Shown here piece by piece: positions 52,730-61,640 of a stretch of 64,000 nt of DNA. Below the pieces are notes generated by a model. That model was not told where the DNA came from. It ran no database searches and saw nothing but the letters and a program-made list of their open reading frames with translations. How positions within the stretch are numbered: the first letter of the stretch is position 1; each line of letters begins with the position of its first letter. This DNA is from Thermoplasmata archaeon. Its GTDB lineage: Archaea > Thermoplasmatota > Thermoplasmata > Lutacidiplasmatales > UBA184. Location of the stretch: assembly GCA_028864975.1 (NCBI GenBank), contig JAGWLG010000006.1:32001-96000 (forward strand), read 5' to 3'. The position numbers and the translations under genes are program-made.

Positions 52730-53518
52730 ATGGAGGTGGGCGTCCCCCCCTCATGCCCCCTGCCTGCGGGCCCTCTGAGCGAGCTCTTCAAGGGAAGGCG
52801 GAGCGAGCCCGAACAGCAGGCGCTCCGCGAGGAGATGCGCCACCGCCTCCACCCGATCACGTGCAGGATCTGCCGACAGGAGCTCGCGTACTTCCGCGAC
52901 GTCGGAAGGTTCCCGCTCGAAGAGCGCGACGTTCAGGGCGCGTACCTGGCAGGACGCGGCTACCGCTCGCTGCTGACCATCTGGTGGGGCCGGGTCGCGG
53001 ACCACCTGGCGGGCGACCTCAAGGAGATGCCGGCGGTCTCGAGCTACTACCGGCACATGTCGTTCCATCTCGGGGTACGGACGGAGCGCGAGGGGACCGA
53101 CGAAGACGGGACGACCAGCATGCTGGCACGTTCCGGAGGGTTCGCGACCGCTCCTCCCGATACGCCTTCTCCCACCCCAGCCTCGGTCGCGACCGCTTCA
53201 AAGCCCTCATTCCCCACGTTCATCCCGGTCCCGGTTCCGGAGCCCGCGCAATCGCCGGCGTGGTCCACGGCGCGGGTCGAGGTGCCCCTGGGCGAGCCGT
53301 CGGTGCTCCGAATGGCCCGCACGATGGTCAAGTTGACCGAGCTCGCAGAGCGCCGTGTTCCTGCCCCAAGGACGGCCGCCTCGAAGCTCACGGCCTCCTC
53401 CTCAGAAGTGCTGGGTCGGGCGGCCGGAACCTCGGCCTCCACGGGGGGGTACGCGATCGGTGCTGCGAACATCGCTCCTGACTTGAGGAAGAAGCGCGCA
53501 CCGCCTCGGTCGGCATAG
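52730..53518 (+). CDS. Hypothetical protein with CxxC...HxxxH metal motif and low-complexity C-terminus
   Basis: CRIC and HMSFH; globular N-half, Pro/Ser/Thr-rich C-half. Confidence 0.65.
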   Translation: MEVGVPPSCPLPAGPLSELFKGRRSEPEQQALREEMRHRLHPITCRICRQELAYFRDVGRFPLEERDVQGAYLAGRGYRSLLTIWWGRVADHLAGDLKEMPAVSSYYRHMSFHLGVRTEREGTDEDGTTSMLARSGGFATAPPDTPSPTPASVATASKPSFPTFIPVPVPEPAQSPAWSTARVEVPLGEPSVLRMARTMVKLTELAERRVPAPRTAASKLTASSSEVLGRAAGTSASTGGYAIGAANIAPDLRKKRAPPRSA

Positions 53519-53585
53519 CGACCTCCGGGCTTGGCTAGGAAGTGACCCGAGCCTCGGGCGAGAGCGGGCAGGTCCCGCCCACCGG

Positions 53586-53798
53586 CTACTTTCCGCGCTT
53601 GGGAGGCGTGGCAGGGACGTGGTAGACCGTTCCGGTCCGGTCCATTTGGGCGGCGAGACGGCGGACCTCCTTCTCCAATCCCGCGAGGAGGGCCTCTGCG
53701 TGGGCGTGGTCCGTGCAGTGTCCCCCGCTCTTGGCGGCACACTCCTTGTACGCCCGACGAAGTTCTTCCAACGAGATCGCCCCGACCACTGCCGCCAT
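53586..53798 (-). CDS. 70-aa helical protein with Cys/His cluster
   Basis: MAAVVGAISLEELRRAYKECAAKSGGHCTDHAHAEALLAGLEKEVRRL...; ATG 53798, 26 nt after AKR stop. Confidence 0.6.
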   Translation of the reverse strand: MAAVVGAISLEELRRAYKECAAKSGGHCTDHAHAEALLAGLEKEVRRLAAQMDRTGTVYHVPATPPKRGK

Positions 53799-53824
53799 TG
53801 ATGGGGCGGAAGCGGAGAAGGATT

Positions 53825-54652
53825 TCAACTCGACGCCTGGGCCGGCTTCGAGAAGACCCTGGAGACCGCCTCGCGCTCCTCCTCGTCGAACCAAGGGGGG
53901 GATCCGGACGCGGCGTTCTCGGTGGGACGACCCACGACGGAGGTCGCGGGAAGCACCACGTCCACCCTGGGGTCGGAGAGGACCCACTTGAGCAGGACCT
54001 GCGCCCAGGTCGCGACCCCCTTCGGGCGCAACCGCTCCATGAGGTCGCGAGGGGGCACCTGGTGAAGGAGGTCGCCGGTCCCGAGGGGCTTCATGACCAG
54101 CACTCCGAGACCGAGTTCCTCGGCTAGGGGGAGCAACCGGTCCGCGGCCTCTCGGTCCCGGGCATTGTAGGGGACCTGGACCGTATCGATCTTTCCGGAG
54201 GACATGAGGTCGGCAAGGTCCCCAAAGGCCTCTCTCCGATAGTGCGTCGCGCCGACCCACGAGACTTGCCCCGTAGAGCGGAGCTCCAACAGTTTGGGCA
54301 GGACTTCCGCTTGTCGAGAGAGGTTGTGGATCTGGTACAGGTCGACCTGGCCCTGGAAGAACCGGAGGGCCGACGCGATCTGCTCGTCCCGTTCGCCCTC
54401 CACCTTGGCCCAGACCTTCGTGGCCACGAACGCCTCCTTTCGATGGTGGCCAAGCGCCTCGCCGAGGACCCTTTCTGCCTCACCGTACATCGGCGACGAG
54501 TCGAAGAGGCGGGTCCCCGCCCGAAGGGCCTCGGAGACCAACTGGTGGCGTACGCGCTCTGCGGGGTCACCCCGGACGTCGAACGTCTTCCAGGTCCCCA
54601 TCCCAACGACGGGGAGGGAGGGCCCTCGGGAGCCCAACCGGCGCATCTCCAT
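53825..54652 (-). CDS. Aldo/keto reductase
   Basis: GMGTW, FDSSPMYG (D/Y), FVATKV (K), DLYQIH, QVPYN, VMKPLG. Confidence 0.92.
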   Translation of the reverse strand: MEMRRLGSRGPSLPVVGMGTWKTFDVRGDPAERVRHQLVSEALRAGTRLFDSSPMYGEAERVLGEALGHHRKEAFVATKVWAKVEGERDEQIASALRFFQGQVDLYQIHNLSRQAEVLPKLLELRSTGQVSWVGATHYRREAFGDLADLMSSGKIDTVQVPYNARDREAADRLLPLAEELGLGVLVMKPLGTGDLLHQVPPRDLMERLRPKGVATWAQVLLKWVLSDPRVDVVLPATSVVGRPTENAASGSPPWFDEEEREAVSRVFSKPAQASS

Positions 54653-54696
54653 GGTCGCTTCGACGGGAGCGGCCGTGCCTTAAGGAGGCACGAGCG

Positions 54697-57651
54697 CTAG
54701 TTCGGAGGGCCGTAGCCATCGTACGCTTCGGAGCCCGGAGCCCAGGTGGTGGGAGCAGGAGCAGCGTAGGGCGCGCTTTCATTGTACGCGCCAACGAAAC
54801 CCGAGGCCGGAGGCATCGAGGAGCGCCGACGGCGACGACGCCAGATTACGGCAGCGGCAACGCCTCCGGCGCCGATCATCGAGAGCGCCACCAGGTAGAT
54901 CCATCCGATACCTCCCAAAGTCCAGGACGACGACGAGCTCGAGGCTGGGGCGACGGTGATCCCGACGTTCGCCCTCGCGCGCTCCCCGAAGCTGTCGCGG
55001 ACCTCGACCTGCACGACGAAGCTCCCGGTCGTGGCGTAGCTGTGGGAAGCCGTAGGGCCGGTGGTGGTCAGCGCCTGCCCGTCCCCAAAGGTCCAGGCAT
55101 AGGAGAGGTAGGCTCCGCTTCCTCCCGAGGCCGAGGCGACCAACGCGACCGTCTCGCCCACCGACACACTCGTGGACGGAGAGACGGAGACGGTCACCGT
55201 CAGGGCGGGAACCCCCACGGGGCCGAGCACATCTACCGCGACCGGGGAGGAGGTCGAGACGTTCCCCCGCGAATCGGTCACGGTTACGGTCGCGTTGAAG
55301 TGCCCCATGGTCGTGAACACGTGGTCCACCACGCGAGAGGAGCCGCTCACGTTCACAATCGACCCGTCGCCAAAGGCGAACGAGAGCGTGCTGTAGATCT
55401 CCGAGCCGCCGGAGGGTGCGGCAGTGAAGGCGGCGGAGAGGGCTTCCGGCCCTGTCGAGACGTTCGTGCTGAGCGAGACGGCAAGGGGAGAGGGCGCGGA
55501 GACGTTGACCACGTCCGACCACACGGCCCGACCCGCGGGAAGTGCCGAGTCGTTCACCCAGGCTCGGATAATGTAGGACCCCGTCGCGGCGAAGCTGTCC
55601 GAGGCGGCGAAGGCACGTGAGCTTTGGGCCGAAGATGCGTAATGGCCATCACCGAACCGCACGGCGAAATGGAAGGGCGCGAGCCCCCCGGTCGCGTTGA
55701 GGTGCACCTGCACGTTGACGGGGACCACCCCCGCGGGCGGGGTTGCCGTTCCCGAGAGAGTGAGCGGCGGCACCGAGACGTGGACGACCACGGAGGAGGT
55801 GCCTCCCCCGGAGCGCGAATCGTTGACCCAGAGCCACGCCGTGTAGTTGCCCGGGATCGCGTAGATGTAGGTGGGGTCGCGAACCACGGCGCTCCCCCCG
55901 TCGCCGAACTTCCACACGAAGCTGTACGCGGGTACTCCCCCCGAGGCGGTCGCGTTGAAGGCGACGCTGAGCGGGGCGGGACCTGAGGTGGGTGTGGCGG
56001 TGGCGAGGACGCTGACGGGGGTCACGCCGAGCGTGATCGTAACGGAGGAGGTGACCCCCTTTGTGACGCTGGCGATCGCCGAGCCCGAACCCAGGGTCGG
56101 GTCCGAGGCGGTCGCCTGGTAGCTCCCGGGCACGAGGGCCGAGTAGAGGACCGTTCCGCTCGCCGAAGTACGAGATGGAAGGCCACCCACGCTCACGAAG
56201 GCGTTCGGGACGGCGGCGCCCGCTATGGTCTGGACCGATACCGAGAGGTTCCCATCCGCGTTGTTTACGAGGGGGACCTGTCCAAAGGTCGTGGTGAGGG
56301 CCTGGCCACCGCGGGCGTCGCCCCATACCGCCGCGGCCGTTCCCCAGGGCGTGATGATCGACCAGATGAAGTCGCCGGGCCAGAAGCTCGAACCCGTCCC
56401 CACGATGGCGTTCGAGAGCGGCCGCACCGCGCTCCACGTCGCCCCGTTGTCCGGGCTGTCGACCTCGTAGACGTTCCAACCGCTCGTCGAAACGGCCGCC
56501 CGGGTGTCCAGCCAGACCGCTTCGAGCTCCCCCGTGGAAGGGTCGCCCATGACCGTGGGGGTCTGGAAGTTCGTTCCCGAGGGCACGGTGCCCGAGAGGA
56601 GGACCGGAGAGGACCAGGTCGCCCCGAGGTCCGTGCTCTGGACGAACTCGACCCCGCTCGAGTCCACGTAGTCCAGGTCGAGGGTGGCGTGGGCCCCCCA
56701 CGCCACTTCCCAGGAGATGCCTGCATTCGAGCACCCCGAGGGAGAGCTCCCCTGGGTCCAGGAGTTGCCCGTGTTCGTCGAAACGGTCACGAAGCAGCCG
56801 GAGGCCCCGGTCGAGTCTCCCGCGTCGGCGACCGCCCAGAGGGTGTCGTTGTAGGCGAGGGCATTGATCGGGATGCCGTTAGCGCCCTGAACGTAGACGA
56901 TCTTGGGAGGGGCCATCCGCGAACCGCCCCAGACGGTGCCCATCCAGACGTTCCCGCTGGAGTCGTCCACCACCTGGAAGACGGTCCCGTTGGGCGTGGT
57001 CGAGAGCCAGTCCCGGTCGAGGAACTGTCCGCTCCCCGCGGCGGTGCACGGGATGTCGTTCAAGGGGCTTCCAGAATGGGTGCCGTTCCCCCACATCGGA
57101 ACGAGGCGGTCGTCCGAGGTGAACCCCGACCCGCAGGAGCCCGGGCTCGAACCGAACCCGAGCCATATCGTACCGTTAGGGGAGAGGCCCCCGCTCGTCA
57201 CGTCGTACTCGAAGGAGGAGCCCGCGATCGCGGGGATCAGGCTCGCCCCAAAGGTCGACCCGCTGTCGTTGGAGAAGGAGAACCCTGCGGGCCCGACCGG
57301 GTTCTGGGGCATCCCTTGTTCCTCCCAGTCGACCTCGAGGGTGCCGTATCGATTGACAGCCACCGTAGGCTCCCCCGCCGGCTGCGGGGCCACCCGGCTC
57401 ACCGCGATATTGGCCGGAAGGGAGGGGAGCGACCTTCCTGGGGCCAGCTCGTGCGAGAGGACCTCTCGGACGATCGTGGACGAGGCCACCCTCGGGCTCG
57501 GGGCGATCGAGTGGACCAGTCCGTGCACCGGGACGGCTGGGGGGGTCCCCCGGGCCATCGGCTCTCCCGCCCAGGAGCCCGCGACGAGGGAAGCGAGGAC
57601 CACAGCGCAGACGAGCTCACGGCCCCACCCACCCGTCCTAGGGTTCGACAT
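54697..57651 (-). CDS. Membrane-anchored extracellular protein: Asp-box (sialidase-like) beta-propeller, carboxypeptidase-regulatory-like domain, four PKD-like domains, C-terminal TM
   Basis: Signal-like ELVCAVVLASLVAGSWAG from ATG 57651; Asp boxes SNDSGSTF, STNTGNSW, STDLGATW, SPDNGATW; PKD WKFGDG, RFGDG, AFGDG, WTFGDG; TM plus RRRRR. Confidence 0.88.
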   Translation of the reverse strand: MSNPRTGGWGRELVCAVVLASLVAGSWAGEPMARGTPPAVPVHGLVHSIAPSPRVASSTIVREVLSHELAPGRSLPSLPANIAVSRVAPQPAGEPTVAVNRYGTLEVDWEEQGMPQNPVGPAGFSFSNDSGSTFGASLIPAIAGSSFEYDVTSGGLSPNGTIWLGFGSSPGSCGSGFTSDDRLVPMWGNGTHSGSPLNDIPCTAAGSGQFLDRDWLSTTPNGTVFQVVDDSSGNVWMGTVWGGSRMAPPKIVYVQGANGIPINALAYNDTLWAVADAGDSTGASGCFVTVSTNTGNSWTQGSSPSGCSNAGISWEVAWGAHATLDLDYVDSSGVEFVQSTDLGATWSSPVLLSGTVPSGTNFQTPTVMGDPSTGELEAVWLDTRAAVSTSGWNVYEVDSPDNGATWSAVRPLSNAIVGTGSSFWPGDFIWSIITPWGTAAAVWGDARGGQALTTTFGQVPLVNNADGNLSVSVQTIAGAAVPNAFVSVGGLPSRTSASGTVLYSALVPGSYQATASDPTLGSGSAIASVTKGVTSSVTITLGVTPVSVLATATPTSGPAPLSVAFNATASGGVPAYSFVWKFGDGGSAVVRDPTYIYAIPGNYTAWLWVNDSRSGGGTSSVVVHVSVPPLTLSGTATPPAGVVPVNVQVHLNATGGLAPFHFAVRFGDGHYASSAQSSRAFAASDSFAATGSYIIRAWVNDSALPAGRAVWSDVVNVSAPSPLAVSLSTNVSTGPEALSAAFTAAPSGGSEIYSTLSFAFGDGSIVNVSGSSRVVDHVFTTMGHFNATVTVTDSRGNVSTSSPVAVDVLGPVGVPALTVTVSVSPSTSVSVGETVALVASASGGSGAYLSYAWTFGDGQALTTTGPTASHSYATTGSFVVQVEVRDSFGERARANVGITVAPASSSSSSWTLGGIGWIYLVALSMIGAGGVAAAVIWRRRRRRSSMPPASGFVGAYNESAPYAAPAPTTWAPGSEAYDGYGPPN

Positions 57652-57879
57652 GCGGCGACCTAACACGGACCCGGTCCTCTCGTATTTCCGTCTATCGAAC
57701 GATGGGACGCCCTTCATTTCCCGCCGACCACCACCTCCGCGAAGGCGACCGTGGTCCGGGAGTCGAAGGGCCTTGCCCCTCGCCAAGCAGGACTTCACTA
57801 ATCCCTGGGAGGCGGGGGGGCGCAGAGGACTACGCCTCCACCCGGCCGCTTTTTGTGCCCCTCGGTCCACCTGGAGGCG

Positions 57880-58245
57880 ATGACGATCCCCCTCTCCGAC
57901 CTGCCGAAGGTGATCATCCTCGAGCCCGGGCGAGGGGTCCGGATGGACGTCAAGATGGAGACCTCCTCCTGCGAGATCGAAGTGCGGCTCGACAAGGAGG
58001 GACCGGGACGCAGCGTGGTGCTTATGCTGGGGCACAAGAACGGGCAGGTCGTCCAACGGGTCCGGGTCGCCGGCAGCTCCAAGGTCCTCTTCGACCCCGA
58101 ATCGCCGGGGGAGTACGTCTTCCTCCTCACGAACCCCATGTCGGAAGCCGCCGTGGTCCACTGGGAGGTGCGTCCGCTCGGCACGGCCGGCGCGGCTTCC
58201 CCGAAGCGCCCCGCCCGCAAGGAGTACGACCCCGCGTTCCGTTGA
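57880..58245 (+). CDS. Small beta-sandwich protein, GOLD (emp24/p24)-like (tentative)
   Basis: ATG 57880 with GGAGG RBS; all-beta pattern ending GEYVFLLTNPMS...VHWEV. Confidence 0.65.
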   Translation: MTIPLSDLPKVIILEPGRGVRMDVKMETSSCEIEVRLDKEGPGRSVVLMLGHKNGQVVQRVRVAGSSKVLFDPESPGEYVFLLTNPMSEAAVVHWEVRPLGTAGAASPKRPARKEYDPAFR

Positions 58246-58259
58246 ACGGTGCGAAAGCG

Positions 58260-58889
58260 CTACCGTTCGCCTTCGAGCGAGGTCATGACGTCGCCGCGGG
58301 TGATGATCCCCACGAGGTGGCCACCGGCCATCACCGGCAAGCGCTGGACGTGCTTGACCAGCATCCACCGAAGGGCGGAGTCCAAGGACGCGTCTTCGGT
58401 GATGGTGACCGCCGGGGAGGTCATCGCCTCTTGGACCCGGAGCCGCTCCAACATCCCCCTCCACCGGGCCCGACGCACTTGCCGATCCTGCGAGGGAGCC
58501 TCGAGCACGTGGTCGATGATCTCCGAAGCAACGGAGAGCCCACCGTGTTCGGCCAGCGTGCGGAGGATGTCCTTCTCGCTCAGGACCCCCTCGAGATGCA
58601 CCCCCTTGACCACGGGGACGCCCGAGATCCCGTGATAGCGAAGCAGCCGGGCGACGGAGTCGAGGCGGGCATCCGTACCGGTGGTCACCAGGTTCGTGGT
58701 CATGACGTCGCGGACGATGGGAGAGCGCGCACGGCCGACCTCTTTCCCTTGACTGACCGGGATGGAGCCACGAGGAGGGGGCGCCGGAGCGGCCGACAGT
58801 CCCCTTGAGGGGGTGGGATGAGCGGGGACCGACCCGATGGGCGGAACCGGGATCGGCAGCGTGGCGCGGGCGGCGGTCTCAGCGGGCAT
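58260..58889 (-). CDS. CBS-pair domain protein
   Basis: VRDVMTT...ISGVPVV...GVLSEKDIL and VQEAMTS...VQRLPVM...VGIITRGDV; start uncertain (ATG 58889 or later). Confidence 0.85.
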   Translation of the reverse strand: MPAETAARATLPIPVPPIGSVPAHPTPSRGLSAAPAPPPRGSIPVSQGKEVGRARSPIVRDVMTTNLVTTGTDARLDSVARLLRYHGISGVPVVKGVHLEGVLSEKDILRTLAEHGGLSVASEIIDHVLEAPSQDRQVRRARWRGMLERLRVQEAMTSPAVTITEDASLDSALRWMLVKHVQRLPVMAGGHLVGIITRGDVMTSLEGER

Positions 58890-58998
58890 GCTCTCCCACG
58901 GGGCGTTCGAGGCCCCGAAACTCCTCGAGAAGCAGATGCGCCGAGCGCGAGATAGCGCGGGCGTGTGGCGCGGTTGACAGGTGCGACGGGACGCGGAC

Positions 58999-59004
58999 TT
59001 TAAA
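58999..59004 (+). promoter_or_regulatory. TATA box (TTTAAA) of cyclophilin gene
   Basis: About 37 nt upstream of ATG 59041. Confidence 0.55.
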
Positions 59005-59040
59005 CTCCCCCGGCGTTGGGCAGATCTGAGGCGTGAAGGC

Positions 59041-59508
59041 ATGGCGAACCCGCGCGTGACGATGGAAACGACGATGGGAACGATCGAGGCCGAGCTGTTC
59101 GTGGACAAGGCCCCGAAGACCGCGGCCAACTTCCGGACCCTCATCGAGAAGGGGTTCTACAACGGGCTCGGTTTCCACCGGGTCATTGACGGCTTCATGA
59201 TCCAGGGGGGTTGCCCCAAGGGGACGGGGACCGGCGGCCCCGGGTACAACATCCCCGACGAGTTCGGCCCTGGGCTCAAGCACGACGGCCCCGGGGTCCT
59301 CTCGATGGCCAATGCCGGGCCGAACACGGGGGGAAGCCAGTTCTTCATCACGCTCGCGGCAACCCCGTGGCTCGATGGCAAGCACGCCATCTTCGCCAAG
59401 GTGACCAAGGGGCTCGACGTGGTCCAGAAGATCGGCAAGACCCCCGTGGACGGCTCGGACCGACCTCGCACACCTGTGAAGATGAACAAGGTCACGGTCA
59501 GCGCGTAG
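59041..59508 (+). CDS. ppiA: Cyclophilin-type peptidyl-prolyl isomerase
   Basis: [39 protein letters not shown]. Confidence 0.95.
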   Translation: MANPRVTMETTMGTIEAELFVDKAPKTAANFRTLIEKGFYNGLGFHRVIDGFMIQGGCPKGTGTGGPGYNIPDEFGPGLKHDGPGVLSMANAGPNTGGSQFFITLAATPWLDGKHAIFAKVTKGLDVVQKIGKTPVDGSDRPRTPVKMNKVTVSA

Positions 59509-59525
59509 CGCGTACCCCCCGCTGG

Positions 59526-59834
59526 CTACAGCTCCTCCAAGAGCTTCCGCACCGCCTGCAGGTCCGCGTCGATCCGGCGGCAGGTCTCCTCCTCGTCCCC
59601 CAGTCGGAGGTCCGGCCGCTTCTCGTGGATCCAGCGGTAGACGCCCGGCCCGTCGAGGTCCTTCACCCATCGGAGCAGCGCCCACTTCGAGCTCTTCGCC
59701 AGCTTCCCGTAGCGCCCGAGCAGCTCGGAGACGCGGTCGCGCACCGAGATCTCCCCCTTCATCCAGGCGTCGAGCCGGGCCTGGTCGAGCTCCCGAACCC
59801 AGCCCTGGAGGATGCGCTCGCTGCCTCCGGGCAT
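59526..59834 (-). CDS. Hypothetical helical protein
   Basis: 102-aa ATG ORF with host-like codon usage filling the gap between ppiA and bcp. Confidence 0.6.
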   Translation of the reverse strand: MPGGSERILQGWVRELDQARLDAWMKGEISVRDRVSELLGRYGKLAKSSKWALLRWVKDLDGPGVYRWIHEKRPDLRLGDEEETCRRIDADLQAVRKLLEEL

Positions 59835-59918
59835 GCCGGGACCTCTGGAGGGCCGGCTCTTGAGCGTTCGCCTGACCGGTGCGGGGAGCGTGAAATACTG
59901 TCCTCACGTCCGCCGACC

Positions 59919-60359
59919 ATGCCCCAGCAAGGAGAGAACGCCCCCGAGTTCAGCGCGAAGGACAGCGACGGCAGGGACTTCCGACTCACCGATTTCCGAG
60001 GCAAGCAGCGCGTGGTTCTCTACTTCTTCCCGGCGTGCTTCACCCCTGGATGCGATATCGAGGCGGGGAAGTTCCGGGACGAGTTCCCCCGGTTCCAGGG
60101 AAAGGACGTGCAGGTGATCGGCGTCTCGAACGACGCACCGGACGTGGCCAAGAGGTTCCGTGAGCACTTCCGTCTCCCCTTCCCCGTCCTTCCCGACCCC
60201 GAAGGGAAGGTCATTGGGCTCTATGGGGTGGCGGGCATGGGAGGGCGCGCGCGGCGCGTCTCGTTCCTGATCGGTACTGACGGGAAGATCGAGGAGGTCG
60301 TCGACAGTCGGCTCCCCGGGCCGCACATCGAGAAGCACCTTCGCCTCGTCGGAGGCTGA
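59919..60359 (+). CDS. bcp: Peroxiredoxin (Bcp/PrxQ)
   Basis: APEFS, VVLYFFPACFTPGC (PxxxTxxC), VIGVSND, RRVSFLIG; ATG 59919. Confidence 0.92.
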   Translation: MPQQGENAPEFSAKDSDGRDFRLTDFRGKQRVVLYFFPACFTPGCDIEAGKFRDEFPRFQGKDVQVIGVSNDAPDVAKRFREHFRLPFPVLPDPEGKVIGLYGVAGMGGRARRVSFLIGTDGKIEEVVDSRLPGPHIEKHLRLVGG

Positions 60360-60380
60360 GGGCGCGCGGCCACGCCCCGG

Positions 60381-61001
60381 CTAAAGGTGGAAGGGCGCCC
60401 CGCACTGGGGGCAGGCCTTGGCCGTAACGTCGACCAGGCTGCCGCAGTACTTGCAGGGGATCCTGACGATCTCCCGGACGACCTCACGCACCACGGTCAC
60501 GGGCCCGTCGTGCCCGGTCATCGAATGGCCTCCGCCGCGGGGCAGGATCGGGGCGATCCGAGCGAGGGCGTTCTCCTTCGCACGGTAGACCTGCTGGAAG
60601 ACCGTGCTCGGGTCGTCCACGTAGTAGCTGAAGCTCCCGACACAGACCGCACGGAGGCCGTTCGGCTCTTCGCGCAGGTCGAGCAGGCCGGAGGTCAGGT
60701 AGTAGTCCCGAACAAAGTCGACCTCGCTCTCCGGATCGATGAAGTAGGTGGCGTTCGGGTCCTTCCCGAGGATCAGGACCTTCCGGCGGGCAAAGCAACA
60801 CCCTCGGGCGGTCACGATGAGGAGGCCGGGCTGGAACACGGCGTGGCCCTGCAGGTCCCCCCGGCGGGCCTGGTACATCCCCACTAGCACGTCCTCCCCT
60901 CGGGAGAACTCCCCCTGAAGGTCCCCGACGCTCTTCTCGGTCCCCAGAGGCAAGAAATCCGAGCGGTCGTCGTTGACGCCGGGGTGAGCCACCAGCCGCA
61001 T
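60381..61001 (-). CDS. PH-like domain plus C-terminal zinc-ribbon protein
   Basis: GLLIVTARGCCF (PH/GRAM-type G-x-L-x-x-T pattern, inference); terminal helix; CKYC...CPQCGAP zinc ribbon. Confidence 0.75.
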   Translation of the reverse strand: MRLVAHPGVNDDRSDFLPLGTEKSVGDLQGEFSRGEDVLVGMYQARRGDLQGHAVFQPGLLIVTARGCCFARRKVLILGKDPNATYFIDPESEVDFVRDYYLTSGLLDLREEPNGLRAVCVGSFSYYVDDPSTVFQQVYRAKENALARIAPILPRGGGHSMTGHDGPVTVVREVVREIVRIPCKYCGSLVDVTAKACPQCGAPFHL

Positions 61002-61018
61002 CCGATCCTTCCCGAGAC

Positions 61019-61618
61019 CTAGGAGAGGTGGCCCTTCTTCTGGGCGATGCTCCGCGCGAGGGAACCGAAGGCATCCCCCACCTGGTCACCGGTCTTGGCG
61101 CTGGTCTGGAAGATCGGGCTCTCCCCGAAGGCCCCGGAGGACATGCCCCGGAGCTTCTGGCGTACCTCCTCGAGGGTGAAGGTCGCAGGGAGGTCGCTCT
61201 TGTTGACGACGAACACGGCAGGGAAGTTCCCGAGCACCTCCTCCGCCGACCTCAGCCAGCCCGAGAGGGAGTCCAGGGTCTCGGATCGCGTGCCGTCGCA
61301 CACCAGGAGGACCCCGTCGGCCTCCTGGTAGTACGCGGTGTAGATCGAGTCGAACCGCTCCTGCCCGATGATGTCCCAGATCTGGAGCCGGACCTCAAGA
61401 GGGCCCTTCGGCGTCTCGAGCTTCTCGACACGGGCCGTAACGTTCGTCCCCAGCGTCTCGACGTAGTGGGGGTCGAACATCGAGAAGACGTACTGCGAGA
61501 TCAGGCTCGTCTTGCCCACGGCGCCGTCGCCCAGGAGGATCAGCTTGGCCATGACGCGACGGGGCTTCCCGCCGGTGCCTGTCGACCCGCGCGTCGCCCC
61601 CCCCTTCCCCTGGGCCAT
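61019..61618 (-). CDS. Rab/Ran-like small GTPase
   Basis: G1 GDGAVGKT, G2 YVETLG, G3 WDIIGQE, G4 NKSD, G5 SAK; GGTGAGGGG RBS. Confidence 0.93.
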   Translation of the reverse strand: MAQGKGGATRGSTGTGGKPRRVMAKLILLGDGAVGKTSLISQYVFSMFDPHYVETLGTNVTARVEKLETPKGPLEVRLQIWDIIGQERFDSIYTAYYQEADGVLLVCDGTRSETLDSLSGWLRSAEEVLGNFPAVFVVNKSDLPATFTLEEVRQKLRGMSSGAFGESPIFQTSAKTGDQVGDAFGSLARSIAQKKGHLS

Positions 61619-61640
61619 GAGGTCCCCTCACCGCTGCGAC

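Noticed and set aside
57652-58464. N-terminal 271 aa of the 1255-aa ORF
   Set aside because: Overlaps two better-supported genes; the signal-peptide-like start at 57651 fits the real protein. Same reasoning for the 5' extensions of pyk (to 50332), MFS (to 44131), bcp (to 59211) and the TPR-like gene (to 51297).
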